Assembly (NCBI GenBank): GCA_965637545.1
Contig: OZ281497.1
Coordinates: 19,654,001 to 19,718,000 of the forward strand
Direction: 5' to 3'
Origin: Phallusia mammillata
Lineage: Eukaryota
Length of the DNA stretch: 64,000 bases
Below are positions 1-14,346 of the stretch, piece by piece. The notes under the pieces are model-generated. The model was given only the letters and a program-made list of their open reading frames with translations. It was not told the DNA's origin and searched no databases. How positions within the stretch are numbered: the stretch's first letter is position 1; each line of letters opens with the position of its first letter. Made by a program: the position numbers and the translations under genes.

Positions 1-649
1 ACGCTTTGTTTCTGTAATCGCCAGTTTTTACATGCTAATGTAAATAAAGTCAAGTACCAAAATGAGCTATTTAGATCTGGCTATTTAAACTTTTGTGACG
101 GTTTAGCGCTTAGTTTGGAATAGCGTGATTGATCAATTAGAATTTTTGGCATGTCAAGACAATGTTGATGCTGTAGATTAAAATGAATGTTGTAAACAGT
201 GACTACTGATATCAACATTGATGTACATTCACAGCTAAATCCAGTGCAGTATATTAGCAGTTTCCCGAATTTCGATGCATTACTAAGTTTAACAGGGTTC
301 AGTCGGTACCACTTAATACAGTTATAAAAACATTAAAAACGTAATTTTGCCCTCAAAAACAAGATTCCTCATTAAAATTAGTGCAGAGGTTCCGAAGGGT
401 TTTAAAAATGCACAATTATTAAGGCTAAGGAATAAAAAAAACTTTTTCGAAAAATAAAACAGAAGATTGGTTAATCTTGAAATAAGCCAAAAAGTTAAGA
501 ATCGCCGACCTAAGAAAAGATCAAATAGCATCTAATTTTACGCAGGACTACAGTATCAGCCTTCAGGCGTTGGTAGGAGCGACAACGTGCCACAATACAG
601 TACATAGGAATACATGACTACTTGGAAGATGAATCATATAGAGTCTTAC

Positions 650-3600
650 CCGATAAAGGTCAGGTGTTATGCAATAGGGAAAGTTGGCTGGTGCTGGCGA
701 CACGTCGATTTTCATCTTGCCTGGGATGCACTTGAGACGCTTGAGAATGTTGCTTGGTCGTTTCAGGTCTATCAGAAACTTGTAGAGATCCTCGTCCTTA
801 AGTCTCTCGCCCTCCTGCCAAAGAGGTTGAGTTTTCAACAGGCGCAAAGTAAACACTTCGAGAAATTTTGAGTCTTTGAAATGCAACATTTTACTTTGGA
901 AACATGAAATGTTGCTCCACTTTGTTTTTACTTGATAATTTGGAAGTTCAACCCTAACCCTTTCAGAAATTTAGCTAAAAATAAGTTTTTTTTGTTTTTT
1001 ATCAAAAAATAACGCCCACCATCCCTTAATCAAAATGAAAACAGTAAATAATATTGCCAGTGTCTTATATTTTTAAAGTGTTTTCAGGCTTAAAAAATAA
1101 AAAAACAAGGACCTTCTTCAATCGTCACAACTTGATAACGCATTTATCACTTGGCAACATAGCACTGACAATTTAGGCGTTTCCTAAGCAATAAAAATGA
1201 CACTATTTTCAAGGAATTTCAAACAAACGCTCTTTCAGCGTCAAACACCATAACATGGAAATGTTTTGGCCTTGATTACTTTCTACATCGTGCTCACCTG
1301 TTTAAAGAAGCTGGACACGGTAAGAGTGACGGGTTTAAACGATGAGAGCATGTGAAGTTCCATGTCATTCAAACTTATCTGACGAGTCAACGTACTTCGA
1401 CGATACTGACTGTCCAGGGTTGAAGATCTACTTCCGTCATCTACACGACAAAATTATTTGCATTAAGTTTAAACGCTGAAAATAGAAATGGCAAACAAGC
1501 CGTAACAAATGCCCCTAACTCGCACAATATTGTTAAAATTATATTCTTGTATCGTTTATATTTTCCTTGCCCATTAAGACTAAGGCCTATAACCAGGATT
1601 ACCACACGGTCTGTATTTCTAAAATTTGTTCTTATTTTGAAGGGCAATGTATTAGAAAACATTATTGTCTTTAATTCTAAGAAATGTCCTTGTGTTTAAT
1701 TTGAGTCCTTATCTTGTCTTAATTTCAACAATTACAAGTCAAATCCCTGCTACAAGTAAAACTAAACCTTAAAATGTGAGCTGCTGTGAGATGCACCAGG
1801 TATTTTCTGCGAACAAGGAGTTGCAGCAACAAACTGTTTCGGGCAAAAAATATGACATGTGATATGTCATGGCTCGTATAAATGCAAAGACTTGTTCGAA
1901 AACATTTCTTTCGTTTCGTATGAAAATTCAATTTTTTTATCGGCATTATTTTGGGATTCATTTGGATGGCAACCCTGCCTATAACAGATTTGGTTCAATA
2001 AAATATAATGCACTTAGACTGTATCTTAACGGGAAACTAAATGTTAGGTAAAAGTTCTACCACCAACAATATTTGCCTAATACACATACCTGAGCCATTT
2101 GAGTTGGAAACAGTTTCCTCTACAGGTCGTAGGTTTGTTGCGCTGTTCACTATATTCATGAGATGAATGGCTGTCCACGCGAAAGGCATACGGTAACGAC
2201 CAAGACGATCACAAAACCACCTAAAAATATTTAAAATATGGATCGAAAGCAGAAGTCATGAATGAATGCAACCCATTCAATGCTTGCAAAACATTTTACA
2301 TATTTAAACGTCAAGGACGATTGTTTATAGATTTAGCCTACTTTGCATTTTGCCGAGCTTTATCCTTTTGCTTGTCCGTCGCGTCCTTCATGTAAGCTTC
2401 AGCACACTCCCCTATATCACCTTGCTGCAACACCTGATGAAAAATTTAACATTTTATTGTGCTTGTTCGTAATAAGACAGGACTTGTGGGTGGTTTAGCT
2501 TGATGCTGTTTTAAAACCAGTTTTAAAGTGGCAGTGTAAGGCTGTAAGCAATGTCTTGATTTGCTTCAGTTTAGTGTTTTTATACTTCACTTTGTTGTGT
2601 TTTACTTTTATTTACTTTTATTTATCTTTTGTTCACGCTTTATCCTGAGGTTTTGTAGGAACTTAAGATGTCAGTTAGGTGAAACATATATTCCATGATA
2701 TTAGTTAAAACATTTCACTACTTGAAAAAATATTTTTACATTCTTGCTTAATTGGGTATTTTACTTTAAAAATCATGCTAGAATGTAAGTTTTTTAAGAT
2801 AAATATGGGTATAAATGCAATACATGTTTTGAGATAGGAGGGAAAACACATACATATGAATATTTACCTTTTCAAGTTTAATTACAATGAAGACATCATG
2901 TGATGGATGGGTAAGGGAAAATATGGCGGATCTTGCAAGGGTTGAGATGGATGCTGAACCCTGAAGAAGAAAAAATCACATAATTTAGTTTTTATTTGTC
3001 AGATAAAGTGTGAGCTTGAAGAGGACCAAACACACAAACTTAAAGTGAGTTGGTAGAGAAAAATACAATCATATATAGATCTTTCAAAAACTCATTGCTC
3101 ATTACCATTGCAGGGTGGTTGTTTAACTTGAAAGAATGGTAACTAATGACTGTAAAACAAGGCGTCCAGCAGTTTATGCTGTTATGGACCTTAGGTTAAA
3201 AGTCTGAAACTAACACAACTTAATAACCAAAGTATTTCACCTCTTGTCTCATCATTTTTTTCATGGCGTCAGAATTGAGATCAAAATGAAAGTTTTCTGA
3301 AATTTTCTTCTTTTGTTTGGTATCATACAAAGCAATTGATGCAAATATTGGCTCCACATCCATTTCCAGTCTGTAACCAAAACATACAACAAATGAACAC
3401 AACTGCAAAGATTTATCATTTGAGGACCAGCATTTCGACAACTCATTCCGGACACCTTTATCAGGATTGTGTTAAGTAGCTGACATTACCTGATAAAAAA
3501 AAACTTATAAGTCATTGAAATGTTGGATGATTTGTTTACATTTTCCAGTTGACCAAAAAGGAAAAGTTTATGAAATATACCTACTAACACTATATTTATT

Positions 3601-6600
3601 CAAACATTTGGTTTGGTGTTTACTTCAAATTTGTTTTTATGGCCAATACATACTCAAGACTGAGGCATTTCACTAGAAGTCTGTATCCAAAGTGTTCCAT
3701 GGGTGTAGGTGGGCTGTCCAGGGTTTCTATTGGAAATTCGCTGTCCTCGAAAGTTCCCTGACTGGCATTTGAAGATGAGTTTGAATTGTGACATGGCAAG
3801 TACAAGGAAAAAAGATGAGGAAATCTTCCTTCTGAACGAAGCTTTGCATTTTCTTCATCAATTTCATCCTAGATTGCAAAAAATAAAATAAAGTAAATGA
3901 GTTTTTTAATTTCCCAAACCTTTTCCTTAAACGTTGTAATTTCTGATAAACAAAGGATGGGCCTACCAGCAATCTTTTTAAATTGTAAAATATATTTAGT
4001 GAACATTTCAAGGCTGTAAGGTAGCCTGCTGCGTATATTAGGGAAAGAAGACAAGTTTAATGGCAACTTAAATGTAATCATTTACGTCAGAAACTATAAC
4101 TATAAAAAAATAGTACATTGATTTAAAAATGGATCAAAGAGTTTTAATGTAGTACCTGGGGTGTAGAGTCAAGCACTGTTTCCATGAGAACATCAGCCTG
4201 TGAGTTTTTCAAGTTAATTACACTTGAGGCCCAACTTCCTCTTGACTTGGACTGGTCAGAACTATTGTTTTCATTGGCAATCTAAATAGTAGCAGATTAT
4301 TAGCAAAAAAGCCTCTTTAATCTGTGAGATATACAACTAACATCAAGCCCATCAGCTTGTTACAAATTTGATTTTTGACTATTCAACCAGTATGAACGGC
4401 AAGAAATAGCTGTTAAGTAATTAAGATAGGCACTTTAGTGTATTGGATTGCATACTGGTACAAAAAAGATACAAAAAAGTGTAGTTAGTACTTGCCAAGC
4501 ACACACAATTAATGGTTTTTTAAAACATTACATCCTTGTTTTTTCATAAAGTAATTCACCAATCCAGCTTACCTCTTCAGCAGTTGGTTCCTCCTCTAAA
4601 TCTCCTTCAAACACTTGTTTAGGGAGTTGGCTTTTCAGGTCACTTTCCCTTTCCTTTGCTTTTTGCACCAATTTACCAGAGCTATAATCCTCATAGTTTC
4701 GTTGAACAACCATGTAATCCTGTGTAAATGTTCTGAAACAAAAAATATTAGTTTTCTTTACAACCAGGGTTGGATTTTTAGGGCGTCAAGGAAAAAGAAA
4801 CATTACAGATTTTTCAATGAATAATTTTACTGCTGACACTGCATTTACATGTACCACCAAGTGTGATTTGTTTAATTGATACTGCATTATCAGCTATGAT
4901 TGTAAATATTGTAACAAAACAACAATTATATCAGATTTCAGACTTGACTTGCACAACAACCACCAACTCTGCACAGATATATTGACATTAAAGTCACAAG
5001 TGCTTTGGTCTCTTAAACCTTAAGACACCCCTGCTTACCAAAATAGTATAAATGAGTATAATATAAATAGCAAACTGCTTACTTAATGCAACCAGCAAGT
5101 TGAGTAGTTAGCTCAAGACCATCTTTTGGTATCGGAGGTTTAAGTGTACGATGTTGCCTTTCATTTACAACCATCTGAAGAATAAAAAACAAATACAAAT
5201 CCATTGTCAAAAAGAGTTACACTTAAAACACATAGTTGAGGATTTATCTTCTATTATCAAAGTGTTATTACCTGTAAATCATTTACTGGAAAGTCAGCAA
5301 GGTCTCTGATACAATCATCTTTACCCACAACTGCCTCCAGTTGAGCCTCAATTTCTTGCTCCAAGTCCAGCGGCTCAACTACATCCATCCATGATGTCTA
5401 ATTATCACAAAAATAACCGTTTTTGTATTGTTTAATGAAAACATCGAGTAGTTTGTAATTAGATGAAACCAAAGCAAAAGCTAATCGAAATATATTAGGA
5501 AAATTGTTCTTGAATTTCAATTTGAACAGATGAATTGTTTAGTATAGGGAAATTTTTGTACTCACATTAGATCCATATCCAGCATTTTCCACTAGTGAGG
5601 CGTGCGATGACACAGACTCAAGATACTGTGATGGTATTTGCCTTCTCCCCTCACTCTGGGATCCACTGCTTTATAAAATATAAAAGTATGTTAATACAAT
5701 AGAACAGAACAATCTGTCTAAACTTTAAACCACTGGTTTCTTTGTAAATTGCCAGCAAATATAAATATTTATATGATACCCAGCATGCATAACTATCTAT
5801 TACAAAAAGGTGTATCGATTTTAAAGTAGGTATAGCTACTATATTTTGACTATGAAATAACTGAAACATTAAAACTTTGAAACACAGCAACTACAATTTC
5901 CCTAATTTCGCACCTGCGAAGTACAAAGGTCCCAAAAACTGGGGCTGACAAGGCATCCTCGTGTTCTACTGACATCACACCTTTCTGAAACTAACCTAAG
6001 CTGCCATGTACAAATCTAATATGCTGTAACTAAGTTAACATTAATGTTTAATACAGTTTTAAACTTTATTGGTTATGCTGCTTTCAAGGCACTGTAAGCT
6101 TCACACAGTTTTGTGTGTTTAACCAGAATGTTTTGATGTGTTCCTCAATAACCTTCTATTAGCGTTTCACAAACACAGGAAACTGGGAGGAAATGACATA
6201 GCAGGCAACAAATTAGAGCCAAGCTGTGCTGTGTTGTTGACTAATTAAGTCATATAGTGGCTTACCTACTAACAATACACTTAAAACAAACAGTAGCAAG
6301 AGTGTGAGATTTGTACAGGGAAGATTTACTAAATATAAGTTTTTTTGTCAGTTTATTAGGCTTTTAAATAAATAAATAAAAAAACTCTGCAATTATGCAT
6401 TTTGGAAGCATTAATATTTAAATTTAGCAATTTCTTAGTATTAGAACCTTTCTGAATATCAGTATTTATTCAGTAGTAAGTTACAGTTTTATTTTGAACC
6501 AGCTCAAATATTAATATTTTTTAAAAACATAAAAAGTAGTTTAATTTGTGTGAAAACTTTTATTAACAACAGATAAACAAATTGTTTATCCTCTTTTTAC

Positions 6601-6903
6601 CAAAGTTTTTTTTTACAAGTATGAGTCTTTTAATTTTTTAAAAAGTGTTTTGTTTGTTCTTCCTTGATACTTCCAACAGTGTTTATTGTTTGTTAACCTT
6701 GACTTAAGGGATTCAAATGAGGCTATTAAGCACCTCATAACATATATAGAACTATATTTCAACTTTATCTTGGTTTCTTTATGTGCTGTTTTAAATACTT
6801 ACCGAAGTTTAACACTTCCGTATCTTGTTCCAAGGCCAGACCCCACATCAATTGCACTGTTTAATCCACTCAAAATGTCAGCAATTTCAGATGACATCGA
6901 CAT
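650..6903 (-). CDS. DOCK7: DOCK-C family (DOCK6/7/8) Rac/Cdc42 GEF, 5' part (558 codons, 13 exons); continues beyond the left edge
   Basis: GT-AG exons with consistent phases: 6903-6803, 5665-5566, 5397-5272, 5174-5083, 4732-4573, 4281-4156, 3868-3654, 3370-3241, 2960-2868, 2433-2342, 2220-2090, 1440-1298, 814-650. They encode DOCK7-like motifs [80 protein letters not shown] and [18 protein letters not shown]. The first exon is less certain than the rest. Confidence 0.93.
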
Positions 6904-8923
6904 TTGTATTTTTTCGAAACAGTGAAATATCTTAGAGCAGATTTACTTACATAGTAGCCTTCACTTTGCTCCCTAAAAATCTTGTCAAATAATATTAGAT
7001 TAACATAACATTATTATAGATGACATAATGCTAAAATATTTTTTAGTACTGATTATAAATCACAAAATAAATGCAACTATTCTCTTTCCCAAAAAGCTGT
7101 ATGGTCACACAATATATATGAAATTTATAAAAATACAGCACATTTAACTAAACGTTTTCCACAAACAGACATTTATACAAAGATTAAATATAATTTTAAG
7201 TAATTTGACACTAGGTGATATATTGGCAGGATAATGTTTGTTTAATTATTTCATTGAGATGTGACAAAATTTTTTTAATAAGGTGTACATTTTAAAAAAA
7301 TGTTAATGTGGTATTTTTCAAGAACAGAAAGAATGCTGTATACAATTTTCAAACAGATAAAAAAATATGTAAAAATACTTTGTAAAATGTTATTTCAAAA
7401 ACATGTTACAACTTTTTTGAAAACCAATTCTGTTTTAGCTGTTAAACAAAGTCAGAAATACTAAAATAAATCAACAAATTTAATTATGACAAAAACTCCA
7501 GATTTTTCCACCTTTACCAGTGACTGTTACTTGTTAAACAGTAGGAGTAAAAGGAAGTAAATTGCAGCCAACCTGTTCTTTCAGAGTTATTGCATTAAAC
7601 AGTTTTCACGTCATGTAACAACTAACAACCACAATTACATAAGCTTTGCAAAATACACACAAAAGTTTATCGTTTTTTTCAAACATTTTTGTAGACTTGC
7701 ATAAGCACAGCACAGCTATCAAAGATTTACTTCCTAGTTAGTTTCTAACAAATTATAATAACTGGGGGGTTGGTCATGCATCCGCCGTCTGCTCCTTACT
7801 CCCACCACTTGCTCTTTTGTTGACTCCTTTTATTTGTTTGTTTTGCTTTTAGCAGTGCGTAGTTTTTTTTAGTAACTGCACCGTTTTGTTGCCGTGTGCT
7901 CTGGTACCGGCTGAGACTTTAATTAAGTTTATGAACAAGAGTCATAATATAAATTGTATTGGTATCGCCCATTTACGCTATCTTAGCAATTTACTTAAAA
8001 CTACAATGCTGTCCGAGTGTCCGCCTTTGATGATATTTAGTTAACAAACGTCAGTCACGCGTGTCCACTACGCAGTATTTTTATTAACGCACCACAAGAT
8101 ACAATCAAGTTTCTTCTTGCAATCTGTAGAAGTGAAGTAAACTTATTTTTGACACCAAGTGTTTTGACATTTTGCATCACCTTTCTCACAAGCAAAATCC
8201 GTATCTGTGTGCAATAGCTTTCAAATTCTGATTGACTTCCTGTATGGTAGCCTACTGTTGAGCGGTATTATTGAATTCTAACGATAGCATACTATTACTT
8301 TGTAAAAGAGGTTGTCATCCACAATATCATAGACGAGTTCCATACACCTCTTCATATAAAATATCTCTCTGCGCTTGGCAATAGGATATTGCATAAACTG
8401 ACTCGGCCTTTCGGACATAGCGCAAAACGGAATCGAATTTAACGTAAAGAAAACAGGAAAGTCGAAACCCACGTGTGTTGCCTGAATCAGAAACCATCTC
8501 AATCAAGTTGATTCCAATCCCTTTTTAGTGTGTTGTAAAAGTAAATTTTACCTATCTCAGCACTGGCGTAGCTATAGGGTTGGCCAAAGGTACCACGCAC
8601 CCCTTACAACATTTTAGATTTATTAAAAAAGGCTTCTCGTAAAACACAGGTTAGTAGGCTACGCCAGCGATCTCAATTAATCCCTCGTTGCCATATCGCA
8701 AACATATGTTAATTCGCAATATTAGCCTACCTGGACTTTGATATTAACCTTTTTTAATTTAAATTTAAACCACAGAGTTAAAAAACTCATGAAGCAACAA
8801 TCTAATATTTTATTTATGCAACCAATTGAAGAAATTGGAAAGAATGGTGTAAAAGTCGCGAAAATAAGTTACAAAAAGCTACAAATGCTAGAAATTTCCA
8901 TCAAATCAAAACCATGTGGGTTT

Positions 8924-11313
8924 CTATGACGAGAAGCCGGTAAGTTCTTCGCTAACTTCCCACAAACGTTTAGCCTCGTCGAGTTTTTTTGCGGCGTTGC
9001 TTTCATTGGTAATCTTGCAGTCGCTGAAATGTGAAAAAATTAGGATCGTAGGCTATAATTGCTTTCACGCAACGGTTCATTTCAACGAAGAATAAATTTT
9101 AGTTTAGTACTAGGCCTATATGAAAGAGTCCAAAAAATAGTCTACATTTTCATATTATTGTTGCTATATTTCAGTTTTAACCCCGATTCCTAAAACCATT
9201 ATACCTGAAATATTTTCCACTGACGTTTTCCAATTCAGGGGCGATCGCGCAATAAATACTGGTCTGTGCCCCATGAACGGCAGTTTTGAACGCAGCTTTT
9301 CGTATGGGATACATACAGCAGTTCAAACAGGACCTCCAGCACGATACATTGCCGTCGTATAAATGCCTCCACAAATCTGTTTGCACCACGCCAGGATGTA
9401 AAGCGTACGCCGACACATTTGTTCCTGAATTGATATGGAAATGATAAGAATGGAAAATGTTAGCACCCAATCGTCGGGCCGGACTTTTCCGCATGGGTTT
9501 GGCTTTAAGTTTTCAATGAAATGAATCTGACTTAACACTCCGCAATAGTTTTATAACTTACTTAAAAAATACCGGTAGGATCAGGTTCGGGTCCAAATTT
9601 CGCACTTGCATACAGCTTTGTATAGCACCAATCATTCGTATAATTTAAGGTTTTGTATTGCTAAGCGCATTTTAACCATGGATCGCTCATCAAATATCCC
9701 GTTTTTATTTCCGTCGGTCTGATCGAACTTGTTTCAAATTGTGGCCCTACCGGACCAGCAGCAACGTTACTTTTGGCTAAAACAATAATTACATGCAATA
9801 AGTTTATTCTAGAATTCATTTCAAAGGAATCGATAATTACTATTTTCACAAAACTGTTCGAAACCAGTGACCGGCAACAATTGTGGAAACAAACATAAAG
9901 TCCGATCGGACCAACGGCCATGGACACGGGATAGAAGAGAGCACCGCAGCAACGACATACCTTTAAGGCGTTCAGCAAGTTCTTTGACAAAAAGGACGTT
10001 CATCAGTTTGCTTTGGCAGTACGCATCACTGGCAGAATAGTTCTTGCTCATGTTCAGGTCGTCCCAGCGAATTTTTCCGCACTGTTTGTGTGCAGCAGAC
10101 GAAAGCACGACGATACGGCTGGGTGCACTTCTCTTTACCAATTATATGATAACACGTGGTTAGACCCAAGACGGGTAAGTTTTTCTGAATTGGCATTTTG
10201 AATTTAGTATGGGCTAAGCGTGACCAAAAGCCGTTTTTGTCAGTCACGTTTGATGATAACGCGAGTTATATATGTGATCCAAAGGCATAGATTAGACACA
10301 AATAGTGAAAAAATAATAATTACTTCAAGATTGCCTTCGTTCCTAAACCGTTTTTAGTAACTCAGGCAAGTAGTAACACATTTTAACTCGTGAACTGCAA
10401 AACTACAGGTATTTCTTTTGGTAGCATGTATAACAATCGTAGCTGTGCGGTCACAAACCTTAATCAAATCGAGCAACAGGTTGGTTAAGAGAAAATGGCC
10501 GAGATGGTTTACTCCAAACTGGATTTCAAATCCGTCCTTTGTTTTCCCTTCCGGGCACACCATTACACCTTAAAACATGTTGGGTATCACCTTTCGTGGA
10601 CTTAAACAGCTTCGTTGAGGCATAGAAAACTCGCCGGGGCGCGTTTTACGCACTGTCATGCTTTGGTTGTTTGCCAGGCTATAGCCCCAGAAAATCAAAC
10701 AAAAAACGGTTACAAATGCAAATATAGAATATCATACCTGCATTGTTAATGAGGATGTCAAGCCTTTCTTCCGTTTCATTGACGTCAGCAGCAAACTGTT
10801 TGATTGAATCGAATGACGAAAGGTCCAAATGTTTCACAATAATTTTGGAGTCGTCACATTCCGTTTCTTTTATAACCTATAAAAAATCGACAATGACCCA
10901 ACAAACTTACACTGTCAAAGGTTTATGAAGGTTGGTCAATGAAATGTGTTGATGCGACTTGATTACACCAAAGTAAATAAGAAGCGATGGAATGTAAGAT
11001 AACCAAATCAAACATATGGGCGGAAATACAATGGTCTCTCTTAAGCCTAGCCTGATGGTAGCCTATATGTGACCTAACATAACACAAATAGCTTGGAAAA
11101 GATATGATATAAAAACCGTACCCTGCTTTTTGCTTCACCGGCACGTTCCAGGCTTCTGCAAGCTATAATTACTTTGGCATCTCTCTTGACCAAATCAATT
11201 GCAGTTTCAAGACCGATGCCTGTGTTAGCTCCTGTGATTACTACTGTCTTTCCAGTTAACGTTACGTTGCTTCTCACCCAACTGCCTGATGCTGATTTGG
11301 TATTTGATGGCAT
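8924..11313 (-). CDS. RDH11/12/13-like short-chain dehydrogenase/reductase, copy A (type 1), intact, 310 aa
   Basis: Exons 11313-11122, 10876-10738, 10568-10459, 10132-9961, 9424-9205, 9023-8924 (933 nt, in phase). Motifs [61 protein letters not shown]. Confidence 0.92.
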
Positions 11314-14300
11314 TTTATACACTTACGCAACGCACGTACTCACAAGAATAGTTGCTGGCAACTCGGAAGTCAGACAGTAGATCTACGCCGCAAGCGTAGC
11401 ATTTAGAAAAAGGCGTACGTATCTCGTAACCAAGCAGTGTTAATTATTAAGTCGCAACAATGACTCAGCATTTTGGATTAGGTAGTTGCCAACAAAAAAT
11501 AAGCAACGTTGTTCTTTTTCTTGATACTTTCAATTCCAGCATTAACGACCGTTGTGACGTTATGAGATGCAATTGTTACGTTATTATACCAAGGAATGAA
11601 TTGATTGAAACAATAAATGAATTTATGCTAGGTGCGTACGTGTACTGAAGTATGGAACTGACTTGGGTCCCAATATGCGAAATTATGCAACATTGCAATG
11701 ATGTGAAACACATTTAAGAGTTGGCAAATTACCATGGCAAAGTATTTCTGTTTTTGCTATTGATACAACAAAATATGCAAATAAGAAACATACAAAACCA
11801 AAGTAAAATGGCTATTTTTTATTTCATTTGCTGAGTTGGTTTAAGTCCTGTGAGTTCTTCGCTCACCTCCCACAGCCGTTTTGCGTCTTCAACCTTTTTA
11901 GCGGCACTGCTTTCATTTGCAATCTTGCAATCGCTGCAAAAGGAAGCACAAAACTCATTGGAAAATTAACTCAATAGCCAAGACTGTTATTTAAGGTGCC
12001 CATTTTGGGAAAATGAAAGAGTCACCTACATTTGTAACATGCAGCTGGCTGTCTGTTGACTACAAAAATTCCAGCCAAGTAGCCAGCCTTAACGCAAAAA
12101 TTGTTTATGATTACCAGTGCAGTGCAGCTCACCTGAAGTATTTACCGCTAACGTCTGTCAGTTCGGGGGCGATTGCGCAATATATACTGGTCTGTGCCCC
12201 CATGTACAGCAGTTTTAAAAGCAACTCTTCGCATTGGATACGTGCAACAACCTAAACAGGACATCCAGCATGATACATGACCATCAAACATATTATTCCA
12301 CATATCAGTTTGCACTGCGCCAGGATGCAGTGCGTATGCCGACACATTTGTTCCTAAAAAAAAGTAGACCTGGTAGAAAATTAAGAATTTGCGTATTTCT
12401 TGAGATTAAATACGCACTTTCTGTTTGTATTTAATCGTAAAATATCAAAATTGCCATCATTTAGTGGCTGACGTAAGACACAAAAACAAATTAGGTCTAA
12501 CGCAATACAGTCTTTTTATAAGTTGAATATAAAACGAGTTCGGCATACCTTCAAGACGTACAGCCAGTTCCTTTACGAAGAGAATATTCATAAGCTTGCT
12601 CTCAGCATACTTCTCGAACGAACTCGAAGTGTTTTCAGTGTTCAACTTATCCCACTGTATACGCTTTGCCTGTTTATGTGCTCCTGAGGAAACAACAACG
12701 ATACGAGATCGAGCACTCCTCTGCAACAAGAAGTGTAACTGTTTTAACACTTGTATCCAATCATTCATAAATTTTTAAATTAGAGATGCCCGGAAATCGA
12801 CTATTTTAAGTTCCTTCGAAACCAATAACCTAAGAATAATTTATTATTCGTCAGTTGGTAGTTGAAATTCATATATATACACATATAAAACACATGCATA
12901 ATTATGTACAATGTAACCATTGTCATTTTGTCTTTGTCGTAAATTCCTTGTTGGCACATTTAACTTAGGCGTTTGTGATATTCTTTTTGTTTAAAATTTG
13001 CACAAACTTATTTTAGTCCTGATAATGACTATATATGGCACGAACCTTAATCAGGTCGAGTAAGAGATTTGTCAACAGAAAATGACCTAAATGGTTCACT
13101 CCAACATTTATTTCGAATCCATCACTTGTTTTCTTCACGGAGCTTCCCATGATACCTGTCACAAAATAGTTTCATTTTCGTGAGCTTCGGTCAAACTTTC
13201 TGATAGATTCAAATGACGATAGATTCAGAACTTCCAATGTTGTAAAACCTTACTGTGTGGGGTCTTCCAATGTTGTAACTCTACCCAATACACCTAAGCA
13301 ACTATTCCATTAATCTTACCCGGTCTTTAGCATCACCACCTCGTTCCAGGCTTCTGCAAGCAATTATCACTCGTGCTTTTCTCTTGACCAAATTTACTGC
13401 AGTTTTAAGGCCAATACCTCCCCAGATAGCAAGGCTTAGTTGGGTAACCGTTGGCCAACATCTTTTTGGTTGGCGTTGGCTAATCGTCTAAATATATAAT
13501 TGGACAAACGTTGGCTAACTGTTAGTGTTAAAACTCAAAACCTCCTTGAAATGCGTAAAATCTATTGACATGTAAAGAAATTAGAAATCCATCCGTGTTT
13601 CTGTGGTGGAACAGTTTGAAACGTACAAACAAACTCAATAGCATTTTCCCAACGATGGCGCTCTGTCGTTGGTTTTCTGTTGGAGTGTGCCAACGTTGGC
13701 GCTATACATTGAACATTTTTTACTTAAAATTTTTGTTGCTCTTGATTGTGATATACGTAGTTGTGTATCATATATGAAACAAAAATTATTTACTCAATAA
13801 AGTATAAACTGTTGGAGGCAGTGTGTTTTACGACAAAACAATTTGTTTTGGGATTTAAAATTTGACTTAAATTTGTAGAAAAGTTACTAGAAAGTAATAC
13901 TAGTGAAAAACTGGTGTTGGTGCCGTGAAAAACGTTTATTTTAATTAAAAAAAAACTATAACAGTTATAACAATTTTTGATTTCTATGAATTGCAGGTCT
14001 CGTGATTCGATTTCGCGCCCTTTCTTCCCTTTCGGTGGACAAAAGCAACGAGGAAGGTTGGTGAAAAAAATATGTTGAATTTATGTAAACTACATGCAAA
14101 TTGAAGTTTTTAATTAATATTTTAATGTAATCTTGACAGAAACGTTTTCTGTTTGTTCTCGCCAACTATATTTGCGCTATAACTACCAGCTTATTAAAAG
14201 TAAAAAAACGAAATTTTAGCTTTGCATTACATTTACCCAATTTTGGCTGCAACTTTCTGCCAGCCATTATAAAATCTAATAAACTGTGTGATATGTGTGC

Positions 14301-14346
14301 TACTGTTGGTGCATTAAAAAACTAAGTGTGTTAATTTGTAATTATA

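Noticed and set aside
1750-1850. Open stretch ending in a GT between DOCK exons
   Set aside because: Neighbouring exons already splice in phase and match the family; no clear acceptor.
3420-3495. Possible extra DOCK exon
   Set aside because: All frames from the candidate acceptor hit stops, and the flanking exons join in phase without it.
12197-12201. Extra G in RDH copy B treated as decisive evidence of pseudogenisation
   Set aside because: It could be a homopolymer assembly error; the pseudogene call rests on the transposon insertion, exon 2 deletion and lost ATG.
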